DNA of 64,000 nucleotides, from assembly GCF_020745735.1 (NCBI RefSeq), contig NC_083405.1, positions 28,114,345-28,178,344 of the forward strand, read 5' to 3'. This document shows, piece by piece, positions 61,750 through 64,000 of the stretch (positions within the stretch are counted from its first letter, which is position 1; each line of letters opens with the position of its first letter). The notes below the pieces were generated by a model. That model saw nothing but the letters and a program-made list of their open reading frames with translations. It searched no databases and was not told where the DNA came from. This DNA is from Hemiscyllium ocellatum. Its lineage: Eukaryota. Made by a program: the position numbers and the translations under genes.

Positions 61750-63130
61750 AATTTGTGACTCCGAAGAGACTGAAGCAGTTCACATTTATATGCAGCAGTA
61801 AAATCTGGACAGCACCCAGAGTTGGGTTGAGAAGTGGCAAGTATCATTTGTGCCACCTGGGAATAAGGCAATGACAACGTCCAAAAGAAAATTACTCTAA
61901 ACATAGCCCCTTCACATTCAATGGCATTACTATCACTGAATTCTGCACTATTGATATTCTCGGGGTTACCATTGACCAGCACCTAAACAGGGCCAGCCTT
62001 TTAAGCACTGTGGTTACAAAAGCAGGTCAAACCTAGGAATTCTGCATGAGTAAAATACCTCATTATTACACAAATCCTGTCAACCATCTACAAGTCACCA
62101 ATTCCTCTCACAAAACTGGAATCATTTGGGACATGCTCTCCAGTGATTGGAGTCATACCTGGTACATAGGAAGGTGGTTGTTGGAAATCAGCACCATGAC
62201 ATCTCTGCAGGAGTTCCTCAAGGTGGTGTCCTAGGCCCAATGATCTTCAGCTGCTTCATCAATGACCTTCCCTCATCGTAAGATAGAATTAGGGATATTC
62301 ACTTAAAATTGTACAATGTTCAGCACCATTCATGACAACTCAGATACTGAAGCAATCCATGTTCAAATGCACAAAATGTTAACAATATCCAGGCTTGGGC
62401 TTACAAGTGACAAGTAAAATCTGTACCACACAAATGCTAGGCAAAGACCATCCCCAATAAGAAAGAATCTAAACAACACTCTTTATCATTCATTGGGGTA
62501 GTCATCACTGAATCCCCCACTGCCAACGGCCTTGGGTTACCATTGATCAGAAATTCAACTGGACTAGCCCTTTCAATGCAATGTTTACTAGAAATGGTCA
62601 CAGACAAGGAATGTGGCTGCAAGTAACTCATCTCCTGATTCCTCAAAAACTATCCACTATCTACAAGATACAAACCAAGAATGTAATGGGATACTCCACA
62701 CTTGCATGGATGAGTGCAGCTCCAACAGCATTCAAGGTGCATGATTCTATCCAGGGCAAAGAAGCCTGCTTGATTGGCACCAAATCCACAAACATTCATT
62801 CCTTCCACAGCATCTACATGATGCACTATAGAAATTCACTAAAGATCATTAGCCAGCACCTTCCAAACCCATGGTCACTTCCATCTAAATGAATTAGGGC
62901 ATCAGATAAATGAGAATGCCACCGCCAGCAAGTTCTCCTCAAAGTTGCTCAACATCTTGATTTGGAAATGTATTGCCATTCTGTCACTGTCAATAGGTCT
63001 ACATCTGGGAATTCCCTGCGTAGACATTGTGGGTCTACCTGATGTGTGTGTATTACAACAGTTCTATAAGGCAGCTCACCACCACCATCAAGGGCAACTA
63101 GGGACGGGCAATAACTGCTGGCCAGCTGAC
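61750..63130 (+). mobile_element. Two fragments of another CR1-clade LINE family (61750-62090 and 62165-63130)
   Basis: GVPQGGVLGPMIFSCFINDLP RT motif at ~62210-62272; LGVTID-type segment present in both fragments; 3' tail aagggcaactagggacgggcaataactgctgg. Confidence 0.8.
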
Positions 63131-63269
63131 AATACACCGAAGGATTCCTTAGAGACGTCATGGATCTGCAATGACAATCCAATGACCACAACCATCTTTT
63201 TATGTGACAGTTATGACTCCAAACAGTGGAGGTCTTGCCCTTGATTTCCAAAAATTACAGTTTTGTTAG

Positions 63270-63960
63270 GGGTCCCTGATGTTGCACACAGTCGAATGTG
63301 GCCTTGAGATCAGGTTCTGTAACTCTCACCTCACTTCAGGAATTCAGCTTTTTTGTTGATGTTTACGAAAGTTGTAATGAGGTCAGGAGCTGAATGACCC
63401 TGGCAGAACCCAAATAGGGCATCACTGAGCAGGTTATTGCTGAGCAAGTGCTGATGCTACATTCCATCACTTTATTGATGATTGAGAGTAGACTGATGGG
63501 TGGTAATTGGCTAGGTTGGATTTGTTCTACTTTTCATGTACAGGACAGACCTTGGCAATTTTCTTTATTGTTGGGTAGATGCCATGTTGTAATTGTACTG
63601 GAACTTGTACTGGAGCTCTACTATCAAGAGCTTAGCTTGTGGACCTGCATGTTCTGGAGAACAAGTCTTCAGTACTATTGCGAGAATATTGTCAGGGCCC
63701 ATAGCTTTTGCAGTTTCCTGTGCCTCCAATTGTTTACTGATATCACGTAGAGTGAATCAAATTAATTGAAAACAGGTATTTGTAATGCTGGGGACTACTG
63801 GAGGAGGCTGAGACAAATCATCCACTCAGCACTTCTGGCCAAAGATTGCTACAAATGCTTCAGCCTTATCATTTGCACTGATGTGTTGTACTCATCCATC
63901 ACTGACGATGAGGTAGCTGTGGAGCCTCGTCCAATGAGTTGCCTAATGATCCCATGTCTT
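63270..63960 (-). mobile_element. LINE RT N-terminal fragment (CR1 clade), minus strand
   Basis: Reverse complement gives an HLLSNNLLSDALFGFCQGHSAPDLIT-like segment (Q.GF...S motif of non-LTR RT). Confidence 0.7.
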
Positions 63961-64000
63961 TAAGAAGTGGATTTTCTTCTTTTGTTTTAATGAAGAGAGG

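Noticed and set aside
31700-64000. Evx1 or a HOTTIP-like lncRNA
   Set aside because: No Evx homeodomain (RRYRTAFTREQ) seen. A lncRNA cannot be supported from sequence alone.

Overview
Eukaryotic, cartilaginous-fish (elasmobranch shark) genomic DNA covering the posterior end of the HoxA cluster. All cluster genes are on the minus strand. In window order: a miR-196 hairpin (263-346), two-exon HoxA10 (344 aa), HoxA11 (280 aa) and HoxA13 (296 aa), then a heavily decayed but readable HoxA14 pseudogene (split homeobox, ~37.5-37.9 kb) that the ORF track misses. No HoxA12 or Evx1 is visible. The first ~44 kb looks free of transposons and retains CpGs. From ~44 kb the sequence becomes CpG-poor and repeat-rich: L2/CR1 LINE fragments, HE1/V-SINE and DeuSINE-like SINEs, a Gmr1-type Gypsy LTR retrotransposon (PR-IN-RT-RH order), a CR1 copy with a twin-priming-type 5' inversion, and three Penelope-like-element copies carrying minimal hammerhead ribozyme motifs. 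Each of the three intact Hox genes has an upstream AUG just before its start codon. The HoxA11 intron holds a CCAAT/E-box/TATA module pointing antisense into exon 1. Comparisons with other species are from memory of known sequences, not from searches.
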